64,000 bases of DNA. It comes from Candidatus Saccharimonadales bacterium. Lineage in GTDB: Bacteria > Patescibacteriota > Saccharimonadia > QS-5-54-17. How positions within the stretch are numbered: position 1 is the stretch's first letter; each line of letters opens with the position of its first letter. Location of the stretch: contig JBBDUI010000002.1 of the NCBI GenBank assembly GCA_040903985.1, positions 326,038-390,037 on the forward strand, given 5' to 3'. Shown in pieces: positions 31,577 through 40,546 of the stretch. The notes under the pieces are model-generated. The model was given only the letters and a program-made list of their open reading frames with translations. It did not search any database and was not told the DNA's origin. The translations under genes were made by a program, and so were the position numbers.

Positions 31577-31783
31577 CTACTCAGTAGTATGGCGAATCGC
31601 GATACGGCCAGCTGGATACTGAACATGCTGGCGGGCCTCTTCATGTTGCTTAGCGTCGGCCTTGGCCTCCATGGCTGTAAGTCGGGCCAATCGCACTTCG
31701 CGAGCCTCGCCCCAATGTTCCGCTGAGGCAGCGGCATGGACAGGTTCGACTAAATTACTACTTTCAAATACTCGAGTTGTCAT
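31577..31783 (-). CDS. Small hypothetical protein
   Basis: Likely start MTTRVF at 31783 after an AT-rich leader; followed by a CGACCGCCAG/CTGGCGGTCG hairpin at 31517-31539. Confidence 0.5.
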   Translation of the reverse strand: MTTRVFESSNLVEPVHAAASAEHWGEAREVRLARLTAMEAKADAKQHEEARQHVQYPAGRIAIRHTTE

Positions 31784-31913
31784 AGTTGATTTATATTTAT
31801 TTAATTGTATTTTATCTAAGAGTTCGACCGACCATCGCAAAACGACAGTAATTACCCTTACCTACATCAAACTCTTATGGTTAAGGTTTGTCAATAAAGC
31901 TATACACTATACT

Positions 31914-32393
31914 TTAGCCGTCTGCACCTTCTACGCCATCAGCCGCTGGTTCCCACTTAATCTGAGTATAAAAAGCCTCATACTGCCGATCATCACTACT
32001 GAAACTAATTAACGGAACAGGAATAGCAGTATGTGGCTTAGGGAGGACCATACTTACGCCCACCACTGAGAGGATCGCGGTCTCTAGCTCTACCACTTTA
32101 GCCTGATCACGCTGCGTAACTTCTGCTAGCGTACCCCTCACTATTACCCTAGGAGGCAATAGAGACTCAATTAGCTCTTGAGTATCCTGACTGGCATGCA
32201 TGAGCTGCTCCTGTGATATTTCTAATTGACGCTTTAGGTGCCGCACATGAGAAAGACCTTCCCCGTAGCGGCTAAGTTCTCCTTGGTAGATTCTGCTGTC
32301 GTACGCCACCTGCGCGCGCCAGGATGCCAGATGGGCTAACTGGTAGCCGATAATCGCATGAGGATCTTCTATCTTACGGGGTCGGGTCTCCAT
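31914..32393 (-). CDS. Hypothetical protein
   Basis: ORF 31914..32432; likely start METRPR at 32393. Confidence 0.55.
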   Translation of the reverse strand: METRPRKIEDPHAIIGYQLAHLASWRAQVAYDSRIYQGELSRYGEGLSHVRHLKRQLEISQEQLMHASQDTQELIESLLPPRVIVRGTLAEVTQRDQAKVVELETAILSVVGVSMVLPKPHTAIPVPLISFSSDDRQYEAFYTQIKWEPAADGVEGADG

Positions 32394-32444
32394 GAGCCTA
32401 TTCTCTACCGCTAGTAGTGCACATGCAAGCACAAGTGATTACGC

Positions 32445-32478
32445 TAAACACCCCGACAGTTTATCGCCGGGGTGTTTA
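32445..32478 (-). terminator. groESL terminator
   Basis: TAAACACCCCG/CGGGGTGTTTA 11-bp stem just after the groL stop. Confidence 0.7.
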
Positions 32479-32510
32479 AAAGGTGCTTTGAGGACAGGGG
32501 CGCCGAGCGC

Positions 32511-34175
32511 CTACATCATGCCCATGCCACCGGGCATACCGCCACCCATACCACCTGCTGCGCTACCTTCATCTTTTTCCGGAATATCAACGATCAGCGC
32601 GCCCATTGTCATGGCCGTACCGGCCACTGAAGCTGCGTTCTGCACTGCCTCACGAGTTACCTTAGCCGGATCGATGATACCGGCCTTAATTAGATCCTGA
32701 ATCTTAGCCGGATCGTTCACATCAAACCCCTGACCCGGTTTAGCCTTCAGTACTTCCGGTAACTTCTCATCCGGGTTGACCCCAGCGTTAGCCATCAAGT
32801 GTCGGAAGGGTTGCTGCAGGGCGTTCTTGAGGATTAACCAACCAGCACCCTCAGAATCTGCTACCTTGTGATCGTCGAGATCGATTTTCTTTGCTAGATC
32901 TACAAATGTAACCGCACCACCAGCTACGATACCTTCAGCCACGGCTGCCTTAGTGGCCGCCACTGCATCATCGACACGAAACTTCTTCTCCTCGATCTCG
33001 GTCTCAGTCGCACCGCCGACACGGATGACAGCTACCTTACCGGTAAGAGCAGCTAATCGCTTCTCTAGATTTTCTTTCTCATACTCACTAGGTACGTTTT
33101 CAATCTGACCGCGAATCTGCTGCATGCGGGCCTCGACCTCACTCGGGTCGCCACCGCCCTCAATGATGGTGGTGTTGTCCTTGTCCGAAATGATCTTCCG
33201 AGCCGTTCCTAGCATATCTAGATCGGCCGTCTCGAAACTGTAACCACGCTCCTCGCTGATCACGGTAGCCCCAGTTAAGGCGGCGATGTCCTCTAGGATT
33301 GCCTTGCGACGATCACCGAATGCTGGCGCTTTAATAGCGAGAGCGTTGAAGACACCCTTTAGCTTGTTCAGCACCAAGGTAGCTAAAGCCTCACCTTCCA
33401 GCTCCTCAGCGATGATAACTAGATCTTTCTTACCGGCTTGAGCAGCTTTTTCCAGAATCGGCAGAATCTCCTGTACACTAGCGATCTTCTTATCAGTTAT
33501 CAAAATAGCTGGCTTATCATATACCGCCTCCATCCGAGCCGGGTCGGTCACCATGTAGGGACTCACGAAACCACGATCGATAGTGAAGCCTTCCACGACC
33601 TCACTCTCAAGCTCTAGACCCTGGCTTTCTTCCACGGTTACGACACCGTCTTTACCGATTTGCTCAATCACATTGGCAATCATCTTACCAATCTCCTCTG
33701 AGCCAGCTGAAATAGTAGCTACCTCGGCGATACGTTCTTTCTTCTCGCCGATCTGCTCAGTCAAATTAGTGATCTCTCCTAAGACATGAGCCGTTGCCGC
33801 ATCGAGACCTTTGCGTAAATCCATTGGATTGTGCCCAGCTGCGATTAAACGGTTAGCCTCACTGAGAATGTGGTAAGTCAGCACCGTTACTGAAGTAGTA
33901 CCGTCTCCGGCCACATCGTTCATCTTAGTAGCAGCCTGCTTGACTAGCTCGGCACCGACACTCTGACCGAGTGTTTCATCATCTTCGCTCGGCAGCTCGA
34001 CTCCCTTAGCTACAGTCACCCCGTCGTGAGTGATGGTCGGACTACCATAGCCCTTCTCGATCATCACATTACGACCCTTCGGCCCCATCGTTACCTTAAC
34101 TGCATTATATAAAGCCTCGGCTCCTTCGAGAATGCGCTTTCGGGCCTCATCGTCATAAAAAATTTTCTTTGCCAT
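32511..34175 (-). CDS. groL: Chaperonin GroEL
   Basis: TMGPKGRNV, AGDGTT, KAPAFGDRRK, GGM tail. Confidence 0.98.
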   Translation of the reverse strand: MAKKIFYDDEARKRILEGAEALYNAVKVTMGPKGRNVMIEKGYGSPTITHDGVTVAKGVELPSEDDETLGQSVGAELVKQAATKMNDVAGDGTTSVTVLTYHILSEANRLIAAGHNPMDLRKGLDAATAHVLGEITNLTEQIGEKKERIAEVATISAGSEEIGKMIANVIEQIGKDGVVTVEESQGLELESEVVEGFTIDRGFVSPYMVTDPARMEAVYDKPAILITDKKIASVQEILPILEKAAQAGKKDLVIIAEELEGEALATLVLNKLKGVFNALAIKAPAFGDRRKAILEDIAALTGATVISEERGYSFETADLDMLGTARKIISDKDNTTIIEGGGDPSEVEARMQQIRGQIENVPSEYEKENLEKRLAALTGKVAVIRVGGATETEIEEKKFRVDDAVAATKAAVAEGIVAGGAVTFVDLAKKIDLDDHKVADSEGAGWLILKNALQQPFRHLMANAGVNPDEKLPEVLKAKPGQGFDVNDPAKIQDLIKAGIIDPAKVTREAVQNAASVAGTAMTMGALIVDIPEKDEGSAAGGMGGGMPGGMGMM

Positions 34176-34197
34176 TACTATCTCCTTATTGCTTTAG

Positions 34198-34461
34198 CTA
34201 CTTTACGATTCCCAGTACATCCTCTTCCTTGAGGATCATGTATTCATTGGACTCTACCTTAATCTCGGTCGTACCGAATTTCGGGTAGATGATGGTATCG
34301 CCTTTTTTCACCTCACTGACGTCTTTACCAACGGCCACGACTTTAGCTAGTTGTGGCTTTTCCTTGGCATCTTGCGGTAGATAGAACCCCGACTCGGTCT
34401 TATCACTAGCTTGAATCGGCTCAGCAACGATGCGGTCGGCTAACGGCTGAATCTTACTCAT
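34198..34461 (-). CDS. groS: Co-chaperonin GroES
   Basis: IQPLADRI, T.SG.YLP, AKEKPQ, EEDVLG. Confidence 0.96.
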   Translation of the reverse strand: MSKIQPLADRIVAEPIQASDKTESGFYLPQDAKEKPQLAKVVAVGKDVSEVKKGDTIIYPKFGTTEIKVESNEYMILKEEDVLGIVK

Positions 34462-34591
34462 CTCTCCTCCTTTACCCTGCGCTTGTTGCAGGGTTTACCT
34501 TGGTAGCGCACAATATCACTCTCGAACACATCAACGAGTGCTAATTAGACACTACCAAGTATTATTAATAAATTAACCTAATGTAAATTAT

Positions 34592-34618
34592 TTAGCACTC
34601 TTATATTTAGAGTGCTAG
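34592..34618. promoter_or_regulatory. CIRCE element (HrcA operator)
   Basis: TTAGCACTC-N9-GAGTGCTAG, one mismatch from consensus, upstream of groES. Confidence 0.92.
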
Positions 34619-34627
34619 TACATCTTA

Positions 34628-34657
34628 ATAGTAGCGAATCGCCGAGAAGGGTGTCAA
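34628..34657 (-). promoter_or_regulatory. sigma70-type promoter of groESL
   Basis: TTGACA (34652-34657)-18 nt-TACTAT (34628-34633), directly upstream of CIRCE. Confidence 0.7.
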
Positions 34658-34701
34658 GTAGCAAAGGTAGATAAATCGCTTACTCGGCAAAGGCGATCGC
34701 G

Positions 34702-35163
34702 CTATTGTGAGGCTAGCCCAGCCGCTTCATTAAGTTTCTGCGAACAGTACATAATCTTTATAACCTCATCCTGGGGTTCGACTGGAATCTCACTATTAAG
34801 ATCGGGAGTAAAGAGTTTTACCGTTACTCGGCCAGTATCGCACATCTCTAGAACTAACCTACCGTCTTGCCGTGAACTAGCATAATCCATATACACATAG
34901 ACCGACTCTACCCCGTCTTCATACTGGCGCTCCTCAACTTCCGCTACTCCTTTGACCAACGGTATCTCAGCCCGTTTACCTGCATAGGGCTGATAGCTTT
35001 TATTCTCATCGTCTAGGCGTACTGCGTCGGCGTTATGCTGCTGAAATGGAAAGGTCTCCTCTACTCTTATCAGGCTATCTTTTATGAAACCGGTAGTAGG
35101 CATATAGTCTTTGGCAGCAAAGTTAGGGTTACCATTGGGAGTTGATGCGCCTTCAAATGACAT
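34702..35163 (-). CDS. Hypothetical protein
   Basis: 153-aa ORF with AGGA upstream. Confidence 0.6.
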   Translation of the reverse strand: MSFEGASTPNGNPNFAAKDYMPTTGFIKDSLIRVEETFPFQQHNADAVRLDDENKSYQPYAGKRAEIPLVKGVAEVEERQYEDGVESVYVYMDYASSRQDGRLVLEMCDTGRVTVKLFTPDLNSEIPVEPQDEVIKIMYCSQKLNEAAGLASQ

Positions 35164-35231
35164 ACTATTTATTCCTGTTTAAGTAAGATTGACTTATTTC
35201 ATACTTTAGCATAAGTTTGATTAAAAATCAA

Positions 35232-36590
35232 CTAGCTGTCCTGACCAATAAGAGAGGTGAGACGGCCAACTAGCTCGTCTACCTGATCTTGATCACGAGC
35301 CTCTATATTGAGACGGAGAAGCGGCTCCGTATTACTGGCTCGGACATTAAACCACTTATCTTTGTAGTTCACGCTCAGCCCGTCCAGTTCATCCTGCTCT
35401 CCATCATTAAAAGCCGTCTTAATACGCGCGATAACGGTTTCCTTATCAGCCACTTCGAAGTTAATCTCTCCCGACTGAACATAGGAAGTACGAAAACGAT
35501 TAGCCAACTCACTTAAGCTACCTCCCGCTTCGCTTAAGACGCTCATAGCCACTAAAGCGGCAATGAGCCCAGAGTCGGCCGACCAGTTATCCCGGAAATA
35601 GTAGTGCGCCGAGTGTTCACCGCCGAATGGCGCATCATACTCCCGCATGGCTGCCTTGATATAGGAATGGCCTACCTTGGTCCGGACCGGTATACCCCCA
35701 TTCTCGCGGATAGTTTGATCCACTACCCGAGAGCAGATGGCGTTATACAGAATTGTGCTGCCCGGATGCTCATCTAAAAAATGCTCGGCCAGAATAGCCG
35801 CCGTTACACTACCAGATACAGTCTGACCTGTCTCATCTATAAGCACTACCCGGTCTCCATCACCATCAAAAGCGAGGCCTAGATCTAGACCGTTCTCGAC
35901 TACTGTCCGCTTCAACACTTCCAGCGTCTCTTCTTTGAGCGGATTGGCCTCGTGATTTGGAAACGTCCCATCCAACTCAAAATAAAGCGGTGTGATCTCT
36001 AACGGCGTCTTACCAATAAGGTGCGGAATGACGGCCCCGGCCATGCCGTTACCGGCATCGACGGCGACTCGGAACGGCTTGAGCTCGCCTGTAAAGCTAA
36101 GGGCATGCTCGACCCATGCTTTCATAATGTTAGCCTCAGCTATCGTACCTGGCGAGCACTGGGGAAATTCGCCTAATTCTACCGCCCGCTTTATATCAAG
36201 CAGACCCGTATCGACCCCCACCGGGCGAGCCTCTTCGCGACAGATCTTCATACCGTTGTATTTGCCCGGGTTATGACTGGCTGTTACAACTACCCCACCA
36301 GCCGCTCGCAGGTGCCCTACCGCGAAATAGAGCATGTCACTTGCTACCAGCCCCACGCTGATCACATCTCTACCCTGTGTCTTTATGCCGGTAATAACCG
36401 CTTGAGCTAAAGCTTTCGAATCACTCCGCATATCGTGTCCGACTATCAGCGGTTGCGAGTTAGTTTCGGGGGATTTATCAGTTAAAAACTCGGCAAAAGC
36501 GCGACCGATCCGAGTGGCGACCGCTTCATTCAACTCATCGGGGACTAGACCCCGGATATCATAAGCTTTAAATATCGCATCCAGACTCAT
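35232..36590 (-). CDS. Phosphomannomutase/phosphoglucomutase
   Basis: FKAYDIRG, TASHNP, FDGDGDR, GEHSAH, RASNTEP; likely start MSLDAIF after GGAG. Confidence 0.95.
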   Translation of the reverse strand: MSLDAIFKAYDIRGLVPDELNEAVATRIGRAFAEFLTDKSPETNSQPLIVGHDMRSDSKALAQAVITGIKTQGRDVISVGLVASDMLYFAVGHLRAAGGVVVTASHNPGKYNGMKICREEARPVGVDTGLLDIKRAVELGEFPQCSPGTIAEANIMKAWVEHALSFTGELKPFRVAVDAGNGMAGAVIPHLIGKTPLEITPLYFELDGTFPNHEANPLKEETLEVLKRTVVENGLDLGLAFDGDGDRVVLIDETGQTVSGSVTAAILAEHFLDEHPGSTILYNAICSRVVDQTIRENGGIPVRTKVGHSYIKAAMREYDAPFGGEHSAHYYFRDNWSADSGLIAALVAMSVLSEAGGSLSELANRFRTSYVQSGEINFEVADKETVIARIKTAFNDGEQDELDGLSVNYKDKWFNVRASNTEPLLRLNIEARDQDQVDELVGRLTSLIGQDS

Positions 36591-36691
36591 CGATAGCTCC
36601 TGCTTACTACATGATTGACAATACCACAATTGCTACGATTAAATACTCTGGTTGGGGAAAGTCTCCAGCACCTTACCATTGGGGTAAACAG

Positions 36692-36967
36692 ATGCAACGC
36701 CCGACAGACTCGCAATACGAGCTACACAGCACGCACAAGCTCCCGAACGGTCGGTGCAAAGTCCTTTTCCGCCACTCCGGCGGAGGGCTCAATAGCGCCA
36801 CCCTCAGGGGGCTAGCCTCGCAAGCTGACGGCAGCACCATAGCTCGAGTCGATATCGGCCCCAACCAGGGTCGGTTCGTTAAGATCTTCCTCCACGACGG
36901 AAAGAAGATCATCGACTTCGCGCCAGCCGTACCGGCTCCAGAGCCGGAGCTCGTCAAGGCCCGATAG
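36692..36967 (+). CDS. Small hypothetical protein (module 1)
   Basis: 91 aa from the ATG after GGGGT; in frame with track ORF 36611..36967. Confidence 0.5.
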   Translation: MQRPTDSQYELHSTHKLPNGRCKVLFRHSGGGLNSATLRGLASQADGSTIARVDIGPNQGRFVKIFLHDGKKIIDFAPAVPAPEPELVKAR

Positions 36968-36979
36968 GGCTGATACTGC

Positions 36980-37150
36980 GATCCTGTGACACACGTGATC
37001 ACGGGATCAACTGCGAGACTGGGGTGACTTCCCTGCGCTGACGTCGGTGTAAACCGAAATTAGCGCGCCCCACGGCCCGAGCGGATTCCTTGTTGCGGAC
37101 GCGCTGCGTCCACGAACCCAACAGGATCCGCTCGGGCCATCTCTCTTTCA
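36980..37150 (+). ncRNA. Candidate structured RNA (three consecutive hairpins)
   Basis: GATCCTGTGA/TCACGGGATC; TGGGG..GCGCTGA..TCGGT-GTAA-ACCGA..TTAGCGC..CCCCA with GNRA loop; GGCCCGAGCGGAT...ATCCGCTCGGGCC followed by a pyrimidine tract. Confidence 0.45.
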
Positions 37151-37184
37151 TTAGAACGCTAATTATGTTATAAATACATTCCTT

Positions 37185-37385
37185 ATGAATCCTAATAGAC
37201 TCCCTGCCGACTCCACCAACGAATCCGCGCTCCAAACAGCGCGAATTGAAGGTGTACTTGAACAAACCCTCCCACCCCAGGAGGGAGACCAATCGATAGA
37301 GAATAGAGAAGCAATGCTGCGCCAAGATATTCAGAGACTTTCTCAAGTTGCAGTTAAACAGGTTACGAGCAGAACAGAAGAGTAG
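37185..37385 (+). CDS. Small acidic hypothetical protein (module 1)
   Basis: 66 aa with AT-rich leader (TGTTATAAA); its stop abuts the stop of the convergent gene. Confidence 0.45.
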   Translation: MNPNRLPADSTNESALQTARIEGVLEQTLPPQEGDQSIENREAMLRQDIQRLSQVAVKQVTSRTEE

Positions 37386-38510
37386 CTACAAGCTAGAGAT
37401 ACTAGAGGCAGCTAGCTCCTTTACCTCTCCTGCTACCTGGCGGCGCTCACTTTTTCCCTCGCGCAGGATATTACTTCCCTCTATCTCGTACGCCACCCGC
37501 GTGGCAACAAGTTCATGCTCAATGCTGCGCCGTAAATTATTGGAATTGGCACTTACTACCAGAACTCTCTCATCATACTGTCCGGATACCTCAGAATCTT
37601 TATAAGCCTTGAGTTGTATCGGTACGCTAACATCGTCACGACTCGCCACCGCATCAAATGCCTGATTTTTAAGCCCGTGCCGCTTGAATCCGTCATGAGG
37701 ACGGTCCTGACGCGGAAAGCTTGAAGATATATCTATATCGTCACCTTGATGAGCCTCCCAGAGCAGACGGCGAACTGCAATCTGGTAGTACTCTTCCCAC
37801 ATGAAGCCAGTAGACACACCCTCCGTTATAACAGCCTGAATCCGTCGGATCTGATTAAGCTGAGAGTGCACAAATGCCTGCTGATATTTTTTAGCACTCA
37901 TCTCTGGTTGGTGTGTTAATAAGTAGAATTCTATATCACTTAAGTACTGATGAGCCTCTTCCTTGTAGTGGGCTGACCAAGAAACGTCACTATTAACGAT
38001 GCTGCTATACACGTCGTGCGCGGATCGAAGCAATATATCTCTGACTTGAGGGTTACGGTGCTGCAGTCCCATTTCATGTATACAGCAGCCAGCAAGTAGC
38101 TTGCCTTCTGATGGTGGTCGTTCTAGTGCCTTCTCTTTTACGAACGACAGGAATTCGGTGGGGTTGTCAGGATCCTGCTTTAAGTCCTCATCACCTAGAA
38201 AGATCAATACTAATCGAGCTAGTTCACCACCGGCCTCTTCCATAGCGTTAAAGCTACCATATGACAGATATAGTTCACGAGCAGCGCCAGTTCGACTAGC
38301 GAACGGGCGCGGTGTTTCATGAACAGTGAGAACGCTATGTCTAAGCGCCTGTAGGCGATCCTGATTTACTTCACATTCCTCTCTAGCTTCCGGGTATTCA
38401 GCGGCCATTTCTGCCCAATGATTTAGATACGGTGGTAGGGCAGGGTCGATCTCAAGCCTGGTGCTATCCTCGAGTACCCTAGATTGAGATGTTTCGTACA
38501 TATTTGTCAT
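37386..38510 (-). CDS. Helical + PD-(D/E)xK-like protein, paralog A
   Basis: C-terminal G..WE...PRQD...FDAV...PIQLK; colinear similarity to 39283..40485. Confidence 0.65.
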   Translation of the reverse strand: MTNMYETSQSRVLEDSTRLEIDPALPPYLNHWAEMAAEYPEAREECEVNQDRLQALRHSVLTVHETPRPFASRTGAARELYLSYGSFNAMEEAGGELARLVLIFLGDEDLKQDPDNPTEFLSFVKEKALERPPSEGKLLAGCCIHEMGLQHRNPQVRDILLRSAHDVYSSIVNSDVSWSAHYKEEAHQYLSDIEFYLLTHQPEMSAKKYQQAFVHSQLNQIRRIQAVITEGVSTGFMWEEYYQIAVRRLLWEAHQGDDIDISSSFPRQDRPHDGFKRHGLKNQAFDAVASRDDVSVPIQLKAYKDSEVSGQYDERVLVVSANSNNLRRSIEHELVATRVAYEIEGSNILREGKSERRQVAGEVKELAASSISSL

Positions 38511-38660
38511 GTTTGTTTTTATCGTATACTAACTTTATATACATTAGCATATTATTGCTAAATAATCAACTACTTGGTCTGCTTGCAGGAGACTACCCCT
38601 CGTGCTTAAATAGCCGTATCACGGTGGAAATCGTGTGAACTTAGAGAAGGAGAGCGCTGC

Positions 38661-38834
38661 ATGGACAAGGTAAACCCGTACGCTCGTAGAGCCGGTATCC
38701 ATGCCCTACGACACGGCGACGCCGGGCAAAACGGCAGCCATGGCAAAGGTGATGATGCCGGCGGGTCCAAGCCCGCCCAACACATCACCCATAACCAACC
38801 GATGGCCAATCGGCCGCAGCCATACGGCAAGTAA
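38661..38834 (+). CDS. Small hypothetical protein (module 2)
   Basis: Not in track; 57 aa MDKVNPYARRAGIHALRHGD...PYGK after AAGGAG; stops 15 nt before a long hairpin. Confidence 0.35.
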   Translation: MDKVNPYARRAGIHALRHGDAGQNGSHGKGDDAGGSKPAQHITHNQPMANRPQPYGK

Positions 38835-38849
38835 TGGCTTCTACGTGTC

Positions 38850-38902
38850 GCCCCGAACGAGCTGGCCGCATGAATGTGGCACAACAGACGTTCGTTCGGG
38901 GC
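38850..38902 (+). ncRNA. Long hairpin resembling 37074-37138
   Basis: GCCCCGAACGAGC/GTTCGTTCGGGGC 13-bp stem, inner GCCGCAT/ATGTGGC, CAACAG on the 3' side, pyrimidine tract further downstream. Confidence 0.45.
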
Positions 38903-39077
38903 AGAGCTATTAGCGATGGGCTGGACTTACCTTCAGGCTGTACACTTACCCCGCCACTCTCCTTCTCGTTTCTTTTCTTTCTTTGTATTAAGCCAGATCT
39001 AAATTTAATACCGACTAACCACCTTTGTCCTTGTCGGTGTTTCAGCGTATTGTAGTGGCAATACGAGGTTTACCACG

Positions 39078-39314
39078 GTGAGCATAGAGCGATTTCGACA
39101 AAAGCAACTCAGCAGCAAAGAGGCATCTGAAGCACTCGATGAAACGGATGATAACCAGAGTGAAGCTGAGCACCTAGACATCTTCCAAGAGGCTATCATG
39201 CAGGCACTGCCGGCCAGCGTTACAGTACATTTCTTAGCGGACGGAACACGCGTATTTGAGATCGAAACCAACCCCCCAGGAACTATGCTGCCAGTCGATC
39301 ATGAAACGGATTGA
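39078..39314 (+). CDS. Small acidic hypothetical protein (module 2)
   Basis: 78 aa, D/E-rich, GTG start after GAGG; 3' end overlaps the convergent gene. Confidence 0.45.
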   Translation: MSIERFRQKQLSSKEASEALDETDDNQSEAEHLDIFQEAIMQALPASVTVHFLADGTRVFEIETNPPGTMLPVDHETD

Positions 39315-40485
39315 GCGCTGCCTCTAAGGTCCGTTGTTCGGAAAGCTGTAAGGGTTGGTTGGCGTAGTCCTTACCCATCGCCCGAGCTGCCCCCCCAAGC
39401 ACCTCCGATAAACCAACCCCATCTTCAAAACTAAAAACTATCTTCTCGATGTCGGGCAGACACTCTGTAGTTCCGCCACCTACTTTTAACTGAATTGGGC
39501 GCGACCTAGGACTTCCACCCTCCCCTCTTTCCGTCACTATGATGTTGAAACCGTGCTTTGGTACTTGGTGCGTATTGCGCGTGCCGCCCCGATTTGATTT
39601 CTTGGTTACATGGAACCACGGCTCCTCCTCACGCGGTAGAGCGGTACGGATAAAGGAGTCCCTATGTAGGCTAGCCTGATCGATAAAGCGCCGGTAAGCC
39701 AGCACCGAGAACCACTCCAGACATAATCTGCGGGCATGAGTAGCGGTACCGTCTAGCTTTTTACGTAACTCATCCCGCTCTTGACCCTTAGCCCGCATAA
39801 GCCCCTGTCGTATCCGCTCCTCATGTTGATTCAGTTGATTTAAATAAAGTAGAAAATCGTTGATGTAGGCTATCTGTAGATCTTTATGCATCGACCGTAA
39901 CTGTTCCAGTCTGTATGTGCCCGCTTTTGTGGCATCGAACACTCGCAAAAACTGAATGTCGTAGCTATAGCGCAGAGCGTGCTGCGCGTTAACACCGATT
40001 AGATCATCCTTCTCCTGATCTAGAACTCCCTGATACTGAGCTAAAGCCCGGCTCAACATCGAGGCCCGGAAACTACCGTCACTAACGAGCGCCGACTCTT
40101 CGAATAGACACCCGCTCAGCAGCTGGTCATGTGTCGCATACTCCCCACGTTCAGTGCTGGCTTCAGCTCTACGCTGCAGGATCAGTCCGGCCTCGGCTAG
40201 AATCTCGTTAGCTCCAACTAGCTGATTCAAACTACCTAAACGGTAGTAAAAGTTCTTTGCTTCAGTTGAAGAATCTCTACCTGCCTGATCCCAAGTATCA
40301 CCAACGACACCCTCCATACGCTTACTACACTTGTCAGTGGAGCGAGCGATATCCTCGATATCTTTATTACTTTTTATCATCTTAGGATGGCCACTGATGA
40401 AATCTGACCAATAGTCTCGATATGATGAAGCGGCCTCAGAGGCCGCTTCATCATATCCTTCGCTCAACTTTTCGCTAGATTGCAT
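39283..40485 (-). CDS. Helical + PD-(D/E)xK-like protein, paralog B
   Basis: LE...PREE...FNII...PIQLK; colinear similarity to 37386..38510. Confidence 0.65.
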   Translation of the reverse strand: MQSSEKLSEGYDEAASEAASSYRDYWSDFISGHPKMIKSNKDIEDIARSTDKCSKRMEGVVGDTWDQAGRDSSTEAKNFYYRLGSLNQLVGANEILAEAGLILQRRAEASTERGEYATHDQLLSGCLFEESALVSDGSFRASMLSRALAQYQGVLDQEKDDLIGVNAQHALRYSYDIQFLRVFDATKAGTYRLEQLRSMHKDLQIAYINDFLLYLNQLNQHEERIRQGLMRAKGQERDELRKKLDGTATHARRLCLEWFSVLAYRRFIDQASLHRDSFIRTALPREEEPWFHVTKKSNRGGTRNTHQVPKHGFNIIVTERGEGGSPRSRPIQLKVGGGTTECLPDIEKIVFSFEDGVGLSEVLGGAARAMGKDYANQPLQLSEQRTLEAALNPFHDRLAA

Positions 40486-40546
40486 TTAGCTTTCTCCGCC
40501 AGTTTGCTTTTCATTAGCATAATCCAACTACGGGAACGGAGCAAAT

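Noticed and set aside
37035-37066. Hammerhead ribozyme (CTGACG...stem...GAAA)
   Set aside because: Core reads CUGACGUC rather than CUGANGA, and I could not find stems I and III with an NUH cleavage site.
38701-38913. 70-aa track ORF as the module 2 gene
   Set aside because: No SD and it runs through the long hairpin; the 57-aa frame at 38661 has AAGGAG and stops just before it, though neither is proven.
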